The translations under genes were made by a program, and so were the position numbers. A DNA stretch of 64,000 nt, taken from assembly GCA_965220365.1 (NCBI GenBank), contig OZ244823.1, forward strand, positions 3,429,125-3,493,124, read 5' to 3'. Every line of letters begins with the position of its first letter. The stretch's first letter is position 1. Below are positions 37,595-48,129 of this stretch, piece after piece. The stretch comes from Rhodothermales bacterium (lineage in GTDB: Bacteria > Bacteroidota > Rhodothermia > Rhodothermales > Bin80). The notes below the pieces were generated by a model. That model was not told the DNA's origin and made no database searches. It saw nothing but the letters and a program-made list of their open reading frames with translations.

Positions 37595-37634
37595 AAAAAA
37601 GTCCTCCTGTGCTTCGGCGCAGGAGGACTTTTTT
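37595..37634 (+). terminator. Rho-independent terminator after the susC/susD-like pair
   Basis: A6 run, then a 12-bp stem (GTCCTCCTGTGC / GCGCAGGAGGAC, one G-U pair) with a UUCG loop, then a T6 run. The A-run/T-run symmetry could make it bidirectional. Confidence 0.7.
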
Positions 37635-38088
37635 GTATGGTTTTACCGGCATTTGTATGGGATGATTTAATTTCGATTTCTCACTGAACCGACCGAGGGT
37701 TTGCATGGAGCGTGATACGGTTGTTGATGCTTTGCCCCCGAACCAGTTTATGATTAAAGGATGACTGGCGCATTGACAAGCTGTTGGTTTACGGGCACAA
37801 TCAGCGTCAAGAGAGTGTTCCACGCAATTTGTCATGAATCATCCAATACCGGAGCCGAGTAACTCAACGGAAAGATTCAAGCGGTAAAAGCCATCAACAA
37901 AGGGACAGAAGATCCGAAAACTTTGAGTCTGCGATCTTCTTCCTTCACGGGGAATCAGAACTCTATCCACAACAATGCCGGTAGAACCTTTTGTATATTT
38001 TGTATACTGATCCAAAGGTTCCTGCATGCTTCACAACAACTTTGAATTTATCAAACCGTTAGTTCCCCAAATACAACTGGTAATCCAT

Positions 38089-38817
38089 ATGCGCTACCTG
38101 ATCCTTCTGTTTACCCTCTTCCCCTCCACCCTTCTTGCTCAAGAGGGGATGGTAGAGTATTCGATCAAGTATAAGATGGAATTTCCCTCTATTGATGTAA
38201 TCATGGCAAACCTGCCCCCGGGCATACAACTGGATTCAACCATGATTGAACAGGCGATGCAACAATTTTCGGAGATCCCAGAGGACTTCTCCGTCCCACT
38301 GCACATGGAGTTCAGCGAGTACAAATCCTCCATGACGCCCGACTATTCGTCACTTACCCCTGGAATGGACCTAAGCCAACTTGGGATGAATCTGCCCTTA
38401 ACATTAACCTACACTGACCACATGGAAGGTACGGTTATATTAAAAATGCCCAGCTTTGATGAAGAGGTTTACCTAGTCTCGCAAAAAATTGAGGCCATTG
38501 ATTGGGTCTTGGTTGATACAGATAGTACGATCCTGGACTATCCAGTCAAAAAGGCCACATTCTCATCAGACACCCTCAATGTCGTTGCCTGGTATTCGCC
38601 TGAGATCCCGTCGATGGCTGGGCCGATGCACTTTGGCGGATTTCCTGGTCTCCCCTTACTGATCAAGGCCGGATATGAGGGCCTCCATGGCTTCAGTAAC
38701 AGTTTCGATATTGTCGCTCTACGGCTTGAAGAGGGGCTTGAGAAGCCGGTCACACTTCCCGAGGGTACCTTGGTGACCATGGAAGAGTTTATAGAGATTG
38801 CATCGAAACTATTCTAA
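38089..38817 (+). CDS. GLPGLI-family protein (Bacteroidota-specific secreted protein family)
   Basis: Start moved to [18 protein letters not shown] (signal peptide). Contains the family motif as [10 protein letters not shown]. Confidence 0.7.
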   Translation: MRYLILLFTLFPSTLLAQEGMVEYSIKYKMEFPSIDVIMANLPPGIQLDSTMIEQAMQQFSEIPEDFSVPLHMEFSEYKSSMTPDYSSLTPGMDLSQLGMNLPLTLTYTDHMEGTVILKMPSFDEEVYLVSQKIEAIDWVLVDTDSTILDYPVKKATFSSDTLNVVAWYSPEIPSMAGPMHFGGFPGLPLLIKAGYEGLHGFSNSFDIVALRLEEGLEKPVTLPEGTLVTMEEFIEIASKLF

Positions 38818-38953
38818 GACCGCCAGTAGTGTTTGTCGTAACCAAGCGTACGGGATCGCCCTGCAATCTTACAATAGTACACGGGCACCCATTGAAGGAT
38901 GCGGTGACTACGGTACGGGTGCATCCCTTCCTGTAGTGTCTTACTGGGTATAG

Positions 38954-39036
38954 TACCGGGAGCGGGACTCGAACCCGCACGGCCCTGCGGCCAACGGATT
39001 TTAAGTCCGTTGCGTCTACCATTCCGCCATCCCGGC
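38954..39036 (-). tRNA. tRNA-Leu (anticodon UAA)
   Basis: The minus strand reads GCCGGGATGGCGGAATGGTAGACGCAACGGACTTAAAATCCGTTGGCCGCAGGGCCGTGCGGGTTCGAGTCCCGCTCCCGGTA. It has a 7-bp acceptor stem (G1-U72 wobble), anticodon loop CT-TAA-AA, a long variable arm and a GGTTCGAGTCC T-loop. CCA is not encoded. Confidence 0.85.
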
Positions 39037-39061
39037 TGAAACACGAGCGAACTAATTTATA

Positions 39062-39874
39062 GTGTCAAGCGTTCCTGAAAACATGAAAAAATCTTCGGAC
39101 ATTAATACACTGCGGCATTATGCCCAGGAAGCCGCGCTGCGCTCCTTTACCCCCTATTCCGGTCAGCCAAGGGCAGCTCTGGTACTTATGTCTGACGGAA
39201 CCTGGACATGTGGGGTTCGGATCGAAAATGCTTCGTACTCTCTGGTTATCCCTGCTCTGTCTTCTGCGCTGGTTAGCACGGCATCAATTGGAAGAAAAGA
39301 TATTGCAGCCATTCTTTTCAGTGGCCCTGTAAGACAGGAAGAAAAAAATGCCATCCTCCAATCCGTGGCACCACCTCTGGATCAATTGGATGAAGACTTC
39401 TTTGGCACGCCGGGGAGTACCTATCGGATTGGTAACCAACTCATTATGGACAAGCACTTTCCCAAACCGCTCGACCCAAACAGTGGAATTCATCTTGCAA
39501 GGCATGCAATGGAGTATGCCCACGTACCGGAATCGAATTTCCCCGTAGGTGCAATTGCTGTTACTGATGAGCTTCAATATTTCCAAGGTGCCAATATTGA
39601 GCATCCTGACTGGACACGAATACTTTGCGCCGAACGTGCGGCTATTGCGACAGCGATGAGCGCTGGAGCATCAAACATTCAAAGTATCTATGTTTCCTGC
39701 CTAAAATCCTCGGCAGCTACCCCTTGCGGAGCTTGCAGGCAAGTGCTGTATGAAATTGCTCCCGAATCGGTTGTCTGGATCGATCAAGGTACTCAAGCAC
39801 CCAGATGTTTTCGCCCCAAGGATCTCCTTCCAGAGGCGTTTCACTTGACGAACCTTCATCATGCACCATCATAG
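39062..39874 (+). CDS. cdd: Cytidine deaminase, two-domain (homodimeric) type
   Basis: The C-terminal domain has the Zn-binding CAERAAI...PCGACRQVLYE motifs. The N-terminal domain is a degenerate CDA-like repeat (PYSGQPRAALV...ENASY). The start could be the internal ATG at about 39083. Confidence 0.75.
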   Translation: MSSVPENMKKSSDINTLRHYAQEAALRSFTPYSGQPRAALVLMSDGTWTCGVRIENASYSLVIPALSSALVSTASIGRKDIAAILFSGPVRQEEKNAILQSVAPPLDQLDEDFFGTPGSTYRIGNQLIMDKHFPKPLDPNSGIHLARHAMEYAHVPESNFPVGAIAVTDELQYFQGANIEHPDWTRILCAERAAIATAMSAGASNIQSIYVSCLKSSAATPCGACRQVLYEIAPESVVWIDQGTQAPRCFRPKDLLPEAFHLTNLHHAPS

Positions 39875-39931
39875 TACGCTACCATAAATTGTTATCACCT
39901 CACCAATTTCTCCTTTCATATCCCTGATATC

Positions 39932-41644
39932 GTGCGTGGAATTGTCTTCTTTGTGTTTTTGTTTACCATCCCGCATCTTGCAACCGCCCAGGAAAAAACT
40001 AAATACTGGATTTTCCTAACGGATAAGCAGGATTTTTCTGGTAAGGATGTACAAGTCGAGGAGGGCTATTTAGCTGATACAGCGATTACCCGCCGTGCTC
40101 GGCGTGGAGAGTCAGGTTTAGCAGCAACATTTGCATTACAGGATGCCCCAATCTCCCATGCATATGAGGTAGACCTTCAAAAAAGAGGTCTCACGATCGA
40201 GCAGCGTAGTCGCTGGCTGAATGCAGTCACTGCACAGTTGAGCGAAGACGAGGTTGGGCAAATCCAAACTCTTCCCTATGTGCGCGGCACACGCCCCGTA
40301 GCACGCCTATCTCCTACCGTGCTGCCACCTATACCGGTATCTCCTGTGATCCCCAGAAAAATCTCGTCAAACTGTCCTTCAAATTTTTTTGGCGACTCCT
40401 GCAGGCAACTTGATCTCGTGAATGCAATCCCAGCGATTCAGCGCGGAATTAATGGAAGCGGGGTTGTTCTGGGATTGATTGATATCCACTTTAGCACAAA
40501 TCAAACGCTCCCCTTCAGTCATACCTCGTTGGCACATATTCGCTCGGATGATCGGCTCAAGGAGTTCCGTGACTTCACCCAACGCGACTCATTCCAGCCT
40601 TGCCTTGGTACAAATACAAATACCCATGGAATGGCCGTAGCATCTGTTGCGGTGGGATATGACGAAGGTGAGATCATTGGTCCTGGTTACGGTGCGACCA
40701 TTTATGCGGCTGCGACAGAATGTGTCTCATATGAACGCAATATCGAAGAAGACAACTTTGTTGCGGCGGTGGAATGGATGGAGTCCGAGGGAGTAGATGT
40801 AATTACCGCTTCATTGGGATACCTCGAATTTGATCGTGGCCAACAAAGCTACACGAAAGATGATCTGGACGGTGACACCGGACTTACAACCATCGCGATG
40901 GACTGGGCAGCAAGCCGTGGAGTTATTCCAATCACTAGTGCCGGGAATTCAGGCCGGGCAGGCTCACAGACAATCACTACCCCTGCGGACGGAGATTCGG
41001 TGATTACAGTGGGCGGAGCGTGGTGGCCAAACGGCGCAGTAATATCTTTCAGTAGCCGTGGGCCAACCGCTGATAACCGGATTAAACCCGATGTCGCCGC
41101 ACAGGGGGTTGTGGTATCTGTGGCTTCAGGAACAACAGGATATGACATCTCACAGGGTACATCATTTGCTGCGCCAATGGTTGCAGGAATCGTCACTCAG
41201 ATTCTCCAAGTCAATCCAGATCTTGGACCTAGAGAGGTATGGCAAGTCTTAACCTCAACCGCCAGCCAAGCTAACTCACCGAATAATAACCTTGGTTGGG
41301 GAATCGTAAATGCTGAGGCCGCGATCATGAGTGCAATTGCACTTAACCGCTCGGAAACAGATCTCCCCATTCCGAGCAGTCTGACCATACATACACCTTA
41401 CCCCAACCCGTTTCAGGATATAGTTCATTTTACTGTTGAGGCCGCTCATCCCGTTTCCCTTGCTCGACTGATGATTGTTGATGTACTCGGACGAGAAATG
41501 GGGACCGTGTATGAAGGATCGATCCGAGCGGGGAGGATGCCTCTACAATTTGATGGATCTCATCTGCCTCCCGGTGTTTATGCCTATACATTGGATTTTG
41601 ATGGTCAGGTGCAGTCGGGTATGCTAACCCGCTTAGGATACTGA
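39932..41644 (+). CDS. S8 (subtilisin-like) serine peptidase with a T9SS C-terminal sorting domain
   Basis: Catalytic-triad contexts: GLIDIHF (Asp), HGMAVASVA (His), GTSFAAPMVAG (Ser). The C-terminus (PYPNPFQDIVHFTV...GVYAYTLDFDG) matches the Por_Secre_tail pattern. Confidence 0.85.
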   Translation: MRGIVFFVFLFTIPHLATAQEKTKYWIFLTDKQDFSGKDVQVEEGYLADTAITRRARRGESGLAATFALQDAPISHAYEVDLQKRGLTIEQRSRWLNAVTAQLSEDEVGQIQTLPYVRGTRPVARLSPTVLPPIPVSPVIPRKISSNCPSNFFGDSCRQLDLVNAIPAIQRGINGSGVVLGLIDIHFSTNQTLPFSHTSLAHIRSDDRLKEFRDFTQRDSFQPCLGTNTNTHGMAVASVAVGYDEGEIIGPGYGATIYAAATECVSYERNIEEDNFVAAVEWMESEGVDVITASLGYLEFDRGQQSYTKDDLDGDTGLTTIAMDWAASRGVIPITSAGNSGRAGSQTITTPADGDSVITVGGAWWPNGAVISFSSRGPTADNRIKPDVAAQGVVVSVASGTTGYDISQGTSFAAPMVAGIVTQILQVNPDLGPREVWQVLTSTASQANSPNNNLGWGIVNAEAAIMSAIALNRSETDLPIPSSLTIHTPYPNPFQDIVHFTVEAAHPVSLARLMIVDVLGREMGTVYEGSIRAGRMPLQFDGSHLPPGVYAYTLDFDGQVQSGMLTRLGY

Positions 41645-41895
41645 TCGTTTTTCTGGAATGAGACGAAAACTCTTCTTTCTGGCAACCAGCATCGAAAAGC
41701 AAGCAGTCATCTCTACTTTACCGGAGTATCACTTGTTCTTTATGGTTGCCTGAAATGGTCCGAAAAACCACTCAATCAAAACTTTCTTCACAAGATTAGC
41801 GGGGAAGCATTGTCCATCACCTTTCACATCTCCTACGGAACATGACTGCTCGGGTATCCAACATCCAAGACAAATCAGGCAATTTTCACTAGCAG

Positions 41896-43983
41896 ATGAT
41901 TGAATTTGGACTGCATGCGTGGCCACTGATCCTGCTATTCATACTGGCTGGCTTGCTGACATGGTTTTCTTACCGCCAGACAGAGCCAAAACTACGTGGA
42001 GTCAACCGATGGCTTCTCCCCACACTCCGCGGAATTGCACTCGTACTCCTTCTCACCCTGTTATTTGAGCCCACCATTCGCAGAAACATTGAACAGGAGA
42101 TCTTGCCTGTACTGGCGGTTCTAGTTGATGAGAGTCAGAGTATGGCACAACATCAGCGAACAGAGATCCTACCATCTACCCAGGGACAAACCACTTATTT
42201 TGGATTTGGCGGAACTACACGTCCTATCGAAAACCTCACTGCTGCGATGGACACCGCTCCGCGCACAGATATCTCGAGCGCTCTGGAAGAGATCCGAACT
42301 TCGCTGCGTGACAAGAATCTGCGCAGCGTTCTGCTTATTTCTGATGGTCAGTATAACACGGGGCGCAACCCTATATATGTAGCTGCCGACTATGGGATTC
42401 CCATTCATACCCTAGTTATCGGAGATACGCTTCAACAGCAAGACTTAATGATCGCTCGGGCGGTGACCAATGACCTGGCCTACGTTGGGCAGGAAATTCC
42501 CGTTGATGTGTCACTGCTGCTGCAAGGCTACTCAGACGTAATAGTTACGACCAGTCTCTATGTTCAGGACTCCCTGGTCACCTCTGAGACCTTGACCATC
42601 TCTGGGGGGGAATCCATTGTTCCGCTAAGCTTTATTCCCGAGGAAGAAGGCCTGTTCCAATACACCCTGACGACTACGGAATTGGAAAATGAAGCTTCCT
42701 CGGCAAATAATCGGGAAACCTTTACAGTCCGCGTTCTTAGGCGAAGCCAGAAAATCTGCCTCATCGCTGCTGCACCCCATCCAGACCTTACCGCTATGCG
42801 CAACCTACTGACTCGTGATGAAGTGCGCCAAGTTGACAGTTATGTTCAGATGCAACCGGGCAGGTTTTACGAAGGCAGCTTACCGAACTCACTGAATGAA
42901 TACGATGCAATTATACTGGTCGGATTCCCCGGCCGTGAAGCCGACGATTTTTCACTCAATGCCCTTGCCAGTGCCGCCCAATCCGGGGTTTCACTGCTCT
43001 TTATGCTGACCCGTCAGACCGACCTGCAGCGCTTGCAGAATCAGCTTGCAACCGTGCTTCCAGCCTTGCCGGCTACGGGGGGAAATGTACTCTATGATGA
43101 GGCCACTCTAAAACTCACGCAGACTGGATCCCGAGACCCCCTCCTGGATTTCCCCGAAGCATTATGGGAGCGACTTCCCCCTTTGGTGGCCAGCACGGGA
43201 CATTGGAACGTGAGTTCGGATAGCCGGATTCTCGGACAGGTAAACCTCCGAGGGATTACACTGGAAGAACCACTTCTGGTGGTACGAAATCGAGCCGGTC
43301 ATCGAACGGCTGCAATCCTGGGAGCCGGGACATGGCGATGGTTGAACCTCGCCGGTGCCGCAGTGGATATGCCTCACATCTGGCCACAGGTAGTTGAGAA
43401 TCTGATGCAGTGGCTTACCACACCAGAAGATGATCGAACTGTACGTGTAGAGCCTGTGCTGACTGCATTTGATGGGAGCGAGCCAATAGATTTTTCCGGC
43501 CAGGTGTATGATGAAAGCCTTAATCCGGTTTCTGAGGCTGTAGTCACTGTCGAAGTAACGGCACCGGATGGAACTCAATACCCCTATACCATGACGAATA
43601 CAGGGAGCGGACGTTTTACCCTGCGAATTGATGCGCTACCCGAAGGGACCTACGCATACACCGCACAAGCCGTACGGATAAATACATCTATGGGGACGGA
43701 CCGCGGCGTCTTTACGGTCGGTTCCGTGAATCTGGAGTCCCGCAGCACAAGGAGCAATGAAGCACTGCTCCAACAAATCGCTTACCGCTCTGGGGGAGAT
43801 CTATTTACCGAAGGGACCTTAAGTACACTCCCGGAACGGCTCAACTCTGACAGTTTGTTTACCCCGATCACGCAATCTCAGGAGCTGGAATTTGATCTGC
43901 GACGAATCCCCTGGATCCTCGGAATCATCATCCTATTGTTGGGTTTGGAATGGGTGTTGCGGAAACGAAGCGGGCTCGCGTGA
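41896..43983 (+). CDS. Membrane-anchored protein of unknown function (N-terminal double-TM segment, C-terminal TM anchor)
   Basis: 695 aa with an N-terminal two-helix anchor (AWPLILLFILAGLLTWFSY...GIALVLLLTLLF) and a C-terminal IPWILGIIILLLGLEWVLRKR. Resembles BatA-type N-terminal double-TM proteins. No catalytic motif recognised. Confidence 0.5.
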   Translation: MIEFGLHAWPLILLFILAGLLTWFSYRQTEPKLRGVNRWLLPTLRGIALVLLLTLLFEPTIRRNIEQEILPVLAVLVDESQSMAQHQRTEILPSTQGQTTYFGFGGTTRPIENLTAAMDTAPRTDISSALEEIRTSLRDKNLRSVLLISDGQYNTGRNPIYVAADYGIPIHTLVIGDTLQQQDLMIARAVTNDLAYVGQEIPVDVSLLLQGYSDVIVTTSLYVQDSLVTSETLTISGGESIVPLSFIPEEEGLFQYTLTTTELENEASSANNRETFTVRVLRRSQKICLIAAAPHPDLTAMRNLLTRDEVRQVDSYVQMQPGRFYEGSLPNSLNEYDAIILVGFPGREADDFSLNALASAAQSGVSLLFMLTRQTDLQRLQNQLATVLPALPATGGNVLYDEATLKLTQTGSRDPLLDFPEALWERLPPLVASTGHWNVSSDSRILGQVNLRGITLEEPLLVVRNRAGHRTAAILGAGTWRWLNLAGAAVDMPHIWPQVVENLMQWLTTPEDDRTVRVEPVLTAFDGSEPIDFSGQVYDESLNPVSEAVVTVEVTAPDGTQYPYTMTNTGSGRFTLRIDALPEGTYAYTAQAVRINTSMGTDRGVFTVGSVNLESRSTRSNEALLQQIAYRSGGDLFTEGTLSTLPERLNSDSLFTPITQSQELEFDLRRIPWILGIIILLLGLEWVLRKRSGLA

Positions 43984-44092
43984 TCCCCAGTGATTGCGCG
44001 CCAAGGGCCGGTGCGCAGTGCGAACATTCAAGTGTCGTTCACAAAAACTGCGCAGTCGGCCAACTAAAAGCACGGTTCATTATCAAACCAGA

Positions 44093-46795
44093 CTACTGAA
44101 GCGTAACCTGCAGGCCAAGATTGAAGGAGCGCGGTAACCCCAGAAAAACTTCCGCATCATCCGCTCTGTTTGCTCCCGTACCATTACCACGGAAAGCATT
44201 GAAGCGTGAGTTGTTTGTTGCGTCTTGGATGTAGAGCGAATCAAACAGGTTGAACACGTTGGCAAATACGCGGACTTGCCCTGGCCCTAGACGGCGAGGA
44301 ATCGTATAGCCGAGATTAATGTCAAACACATTGTAGCCCGGTACCTTCCAGACAGGTTGCCCCGACTGCCCACTATCCGTGCGGCTTGTGGGATCAAAAT
44401 CTGCGTAGTAGTTCGAGTAGGAACGCCCCGTAATTTTAGCGTACATCCCCTTCACAGGAAAAACGCTGATCGCATAGGCGATCTGAGTCTGTGGCGCATC
44501 CCCCACTTTTACATCTTTCACATAAAGCGATACGGTCTCCTGGGTGGATGGATCAGAACGATCTGGCGTGTATCTCGCTGACACATCATCGGTATATTGC
44601 CAGTTGCCGATGGACAGTGCCAAATCTGCACGAACAAAACGTAGTGGCTGGTAAGCCACCTCCGCTTCAATCCCGCGGTGCAGTGCATTCAACCCAAGGA
44701 TGTTGATCAAGCCATCGTCTCCGTCTTCCACCAAAACTGAGCGTGTGATCGTGCGGTCGTTCCATACGGTGTTGTACAGACTAACCGTGGTGTTTAATGT
44801 GCGATCAAGAGACTCATAAGAAATCCCGGCCTCTAATGCCCGGAATTGCTCATTCTGGGGGTCGGGGTTCAAAACACCCGTGATATCATTCAGTGCCCCA
44901 TCGAGAATTGGCACCTTGGATACCAATCCTGCATTCACAAACACAGAAATCATATCGCTGACCAAATAAGAAGCACCACCCTTGATCTGATATCCACCAA
45001 TACGATCCGTGGCGATGGTAAATGTAGTCCCGTCTCCAGCATCCCGGAAATAATCCTCGTGGGAGTATTTGATGGTTGAATATCCTGCCATCCCATAGAC
45101 ATAGATATCTCCACTCGTATAGGCACCCTGCACAAACCCACCTAACCAGTCCACTGTATTGGTAGTATTGTAGTTGAACCGATCACCCAACTGTAGCAAC
45201 TTGCCATTCCCACCCCAAAAATCGCTATCAAAACGCTGGTACCCACTCCCACCCAACAAGTCACGTACCGTTCGATAATGATCAATGGAGGCGGTACGCC
45301 AATCAATGCCTGCTTCAAGCGTTAATGCTTCGGTCATCTCATACTTGAATTTGGAGATTGCTCCAATGGTCCACTGCACATTATGGCTGTTCCGCAGAAT
45401 CCCCTGGGATTCCCCATTCTCTTGGTTTGCAGAAATGGTGGAATTGTAATCAACCACACGTGACGGACCCGTAAAATTCCATTGCATCCGTCCATGCGTT
45501 CCTGTTCCTCCACCTTTGCCACCAGAGTAATAGAGGACGGTTGACCAGAGTGACCGATCCGACAACTGAGCAAAATAGTTCAGGTTTACCTGAGGCTTGT
45601 GGAAAAAATTCTCGCGCTCATTGATGATGTCCCGTGAATTGCGGCGAACCGTGCCAAAGCCGTTATGTTGTTCGTTGGTGTACGAAGAGGAGACGGGGGA
45701 TACATTTTGGTTCCAGCGCCGTCCTCCTTCTGGATAGGTCTGCAGAATTTCTGCAATCGTTGATCCATCCAGTCCATCGGCCTCGAAAACTTCACGGGCA
45801 TAATCGTGGTCATAGGCAGCAATGTTTTGCCGGTAAAGGTTCTGCCCATGCCGTTGAGGTGCTCCAACCGCATAGAAATCAACTCGATGCCTCTCGTTGA
45901 TATTCCATGCAGCGGCAACATAATAAGCCCATGCATCCGTCCATGTGCCGTCATAATAGCCATCGCCGGACTTTCGAACACCACTTACCGTAAATGCAAA
46001 GCGATTGTCAATCAATCCTGTCGAAACAGAGACGGTTGATTTGAGAAATCCGTCATTCCCAAACTCCTGCTTTGCCATAACCCGCCGTCTATTCGCAGCG
46101 GGATCCGTAAGGATATTCAGCGTTCCACCGATGGACGGCGTTGCCAGATTCACTGCGGACAATCCCCGCTGTAACTGAATCGAGGTGGTCGCATCTCCAA
46201 CACCATCCCAGTTCGACCAGTACACCCAACCGTTTTCCATGTCATTCACCGGTACACCATTGATCATTACGGCAACATTCCGCTGATTAAATCCACGCAC
46301 ATTCACCCGTGCATCCCCTGCTCCACCCCCTTGAGCGGTACTGTAGACGGAGGGGGTCGTATTCAAAACCAACGGCACGTCACGAGAGCCTAACTCGCGC
46401 TCAACCTGGAGTTTTTCAATGTCTGAATAGGCAACTGGAGTTTGCCGGTTTAGGGCTCTTGATGCGAATAATTCCAGGGCTTCCAATGCCTGACTCGACG
46501 CTTGCAGCGCAAAATCAGATGTGATATCTGCATCCTGGAGTACGATGGACCGCAATACTGCTTCATATCCGACAAAGGATACTTCGAGGGCATAAGTGCC
46601 TGGGGATAAATCACTAATTAAGTACACTCCATCGCTATCTGTTGCTGCACCGGTAACTGTGCCGACAATGATGACAGTTGCGCCCGGGAGAGGTAAACCG
46701 GACTCCGCGTCTGTTACGACTCCGCTGATGGTGTTCTGAGCATATACAGAACCAGCGATTAGGAGTGAGGCAAGAATTGAAAAAATGGCTTTCAT
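44093..46795 (-). CDS. TonB-dependent receptor with an N-terminal carboxypeptidase-regulatory-like domain
   Basis: 900 aa with a signal peptide, a CarbopepD_reg block (ISGVVTDAESGLPLPGATVIIVGT), a plug domain and a beta-barrel ending in LQVTLQ. Confidence 0.85.
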   Translation of the reverse strand: MKAIFSILASLLIAGSVYAQNTISGVVTDAESGLPLPGATVIIVGTVTGAATDSDGVYLISDLSPGTYALEVSFVGYEAVLRSIVLQDADITSDFALQASSQALEALELFASRALNRQTPVAYSDIEKLQVERELGSRDVPLVLNTTPSVYSTAQGGGAGDARVNVRGFNQRNVAVMINGVPVNDMENGWVYWSNWDGVGDATTSIQLQRGLSAVNLATPSIGGTLNILTDPAANRRRVMAKQEFGNDGFLKSTVSVSTGLIDNRFAFTVSGVRKSGDGYYDGTWTDAWAYYVAAAWNINERHRVDFYAVGAPQRHGQNLYRQNIAAYDHDYAREVFEADGLDGSTIAEILQTYPEGGRRWNQNVSPVSSSYTNEQHNGFGTVRRNSRDIINERENFFHKPQVNLNYFAQLSDRSLWSTVLYYSGGKGGGTGTHGRMQWNFTGPSRVVDYNSTISANQENGESQGILRNSHNVQWTIGAISKFKYEMTEALTLEAGIDWRTASIDHYRTVRDLLGGSGYQRFDSDFWGGNGKLLQLGDRFNYNTTNTVDWLGGFVQGAYTSGDIYVYGMAGYSTIKYSHEDYFRDAGDGTTFTIATDRIGGYQIKGGASYLVSDMISVFVNAGLVSKVPILDGALNDITGVLNPDPQNEQFRALEAGISYESLDRTLNTTVSLYNTVWNDRTITRSVLVEDGDDGLINILGLNALHRGIEAEVAYQPLRFVRADLALSIGNWQYTDDVSARYTPDRSDPSTQETVSLYVKDVKVGDAPQTQIAYAISVFPVKGMYAKITGRSYSNYYADFDPTSRTDSGQSGQPVWKVPGYNVFDINLGYTIPRRLGPGQVRVFANVFNLFDSLYIQDATNNSRFNAFRGNGTGANRADDAEVFLGLPRSFNLGLQVTLQ

Positions 46796-46891
46796 GGTAA
46801 AATCGGAATGGTTGTCGGCTACGTTTTACTCCAGTGGAAGCAGAAATCCTCAGACTAATGTTTCCTCCCTGTCAACACAAGATTAAATTTA

Positions 46892-48062
46892 GGAAACTCT
46901 GATTAATCCGGGCAGTTTCTTTTCCTGGACCACAGCCATTGATTACCGAGCCATGCGACAGATTTCATTTGAAGATGCGAGTTACTGGGATCGTACCAAG
47001 AAGACCAAGAAGCAGCATTTCCTGACCGAGATGGACGCGGTCCTTCCTTGGGACGCGATGCTGGACTTGATCCGGCCGTTTTACTACAAGGGTGGCAAGG
47101 GGCGTCCGCCGATTGGGTTGGATACGATGCTGCGCATCTATTTTTTGCAGCAGTGGTATGGTTATTCGGATCCGGGGATGGAGGATGCGTTGTACGACAA
47201 CGTGTCGGTGCGGGTATTCGCCCATGTGGAGGCTTGCACGCGCCCGATGAGACGACCATCTGCAAGTTTCGCCATCTATTGGAGCAGCATGGGTTGACGC
47301 GGCGGCTGTTTGAGTTGAGTCGGGATTTGTTGGAACAGCGTGGTCTGCTGGTGAAGGCGGGGACGATCGTGGATGCGAGCATCATTTCGGCGCCGTCGTC
47401 AACAAAGAACCAAGCGAAGCAGCGTGATCCTGAGATGAAGTCAACGAAGAAGGGAAACCAGTGGTATTTCGGTATGAAGGCGCATATCGGGACCGATCCA
47501 CAAGGTCTGGTGCATCGTGTGGCGGTCACGGCTGCGAACGCCCATGACGCGACCCTGATGCAGGTGTGTTTGCACGGGCAGGAGAAGGTCATCTACGGCG
47601 ACAAAGCCTACGTGAGCAAGCAGCGAAAGGCAGAGGCAGAAGCGCAGGGTGTGCAATGGCGTGTCTTGCGTAAGGCAACCAGAACGCGCAAGCTCAACTG
47701 TGCGGACCGGTCCTTCAACAAGAAGAGTCACCGGACCCGGGCCAGGGTTGAGCATACCTTTGGCGTGATCAAGCATCTTTGGGGCGATCGCAGGACGCGT
47801 TACCGCGGCTTGGGCAAGAATGCGGCACAGGTCTACACGCTGGTCGCTCTGGCCAACTTTTATTTGGCTCGTGATTCACTGCGGGCTCCCGCGGTCGCGG
47901 GATAGCTCTGCCCAAACGCCACCGATGGCGCCTCCGGCGCCTGAAAAAGATACGGGGCGGTGGACAAATAGAACGCATTTCGGATGCCAGCAGCCTCCGT
48001 GGCTGCATTTCATGTCCGAGTATGTCTACTCCTCCTCCAAAACAGGATTGATCAGAGCTTCC
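46892..48062 (+). mobile_element. IS5-family insertion sequence (1171 bp) with a 4-bp TTTA target duplication
   Basis: Terminal inverted repeats: GGAAACTCTGATTAATCCGG (46892-46911) versus the reverse complement of 48043-48062 (GGAAGCTCTGATCAATCCTG), 16/20 by eye. TTTA lies at 46888-46891 and at 48063-48066. Confidence 0.8.
46953..47905 (+). pseudogene. IS5-family transposase, split by one frameshift near 47230-47250
   Basis: Frame A (46953-...) gives FLTEMDAVLPWDAMLDLIRPFYYKGGKGRPPIGLDTMLRIYFLQQWYGYSDPGMEDALYDNVSVRVFA. Frame C continues APDETTICKFRHLLEQHGL...GTIVDASIISAPSSTKNQAKQRDPEMKSTKKGNQWYFGMKAHIG. Together these are collinear with classical IS5 transposases. Confidence 0.8.
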
Positions 48063-48129
48063 TTTAAAGGTTCTACTGCTATCTGTTTGGGGATGAATGT
48101 TTGAACTTCCGCGGAAATAATACAGGTGA

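Noticed and set aside
37640-38027. Two consecutive minus-strand ORFs (62 and 87 aa) between the SusD terminator and the GLPGLI gene, possibly a broken gene.
   Set aside because: I could find no recognisable motifs or paralogues in the window, and cannot distinguish these ORFs from non-coding DNA by eye.
38954-39036. tRNA-Leu as a possible integration site for a genomic island.
   Set aside because: There is no integrase gene and no duplicated copy of the tRNA 3' end nearby. The flanking genes (GLPGLI protein, cytidine deaminase, S8 peptidase) look like core chromosome.
46903-47592. 229-aa minus-strand ORF.
   Set aside because: It is an antisense shadow of the IS5 transposase gene, whose plus-strand translation is collinear with classical IS5 transposases.
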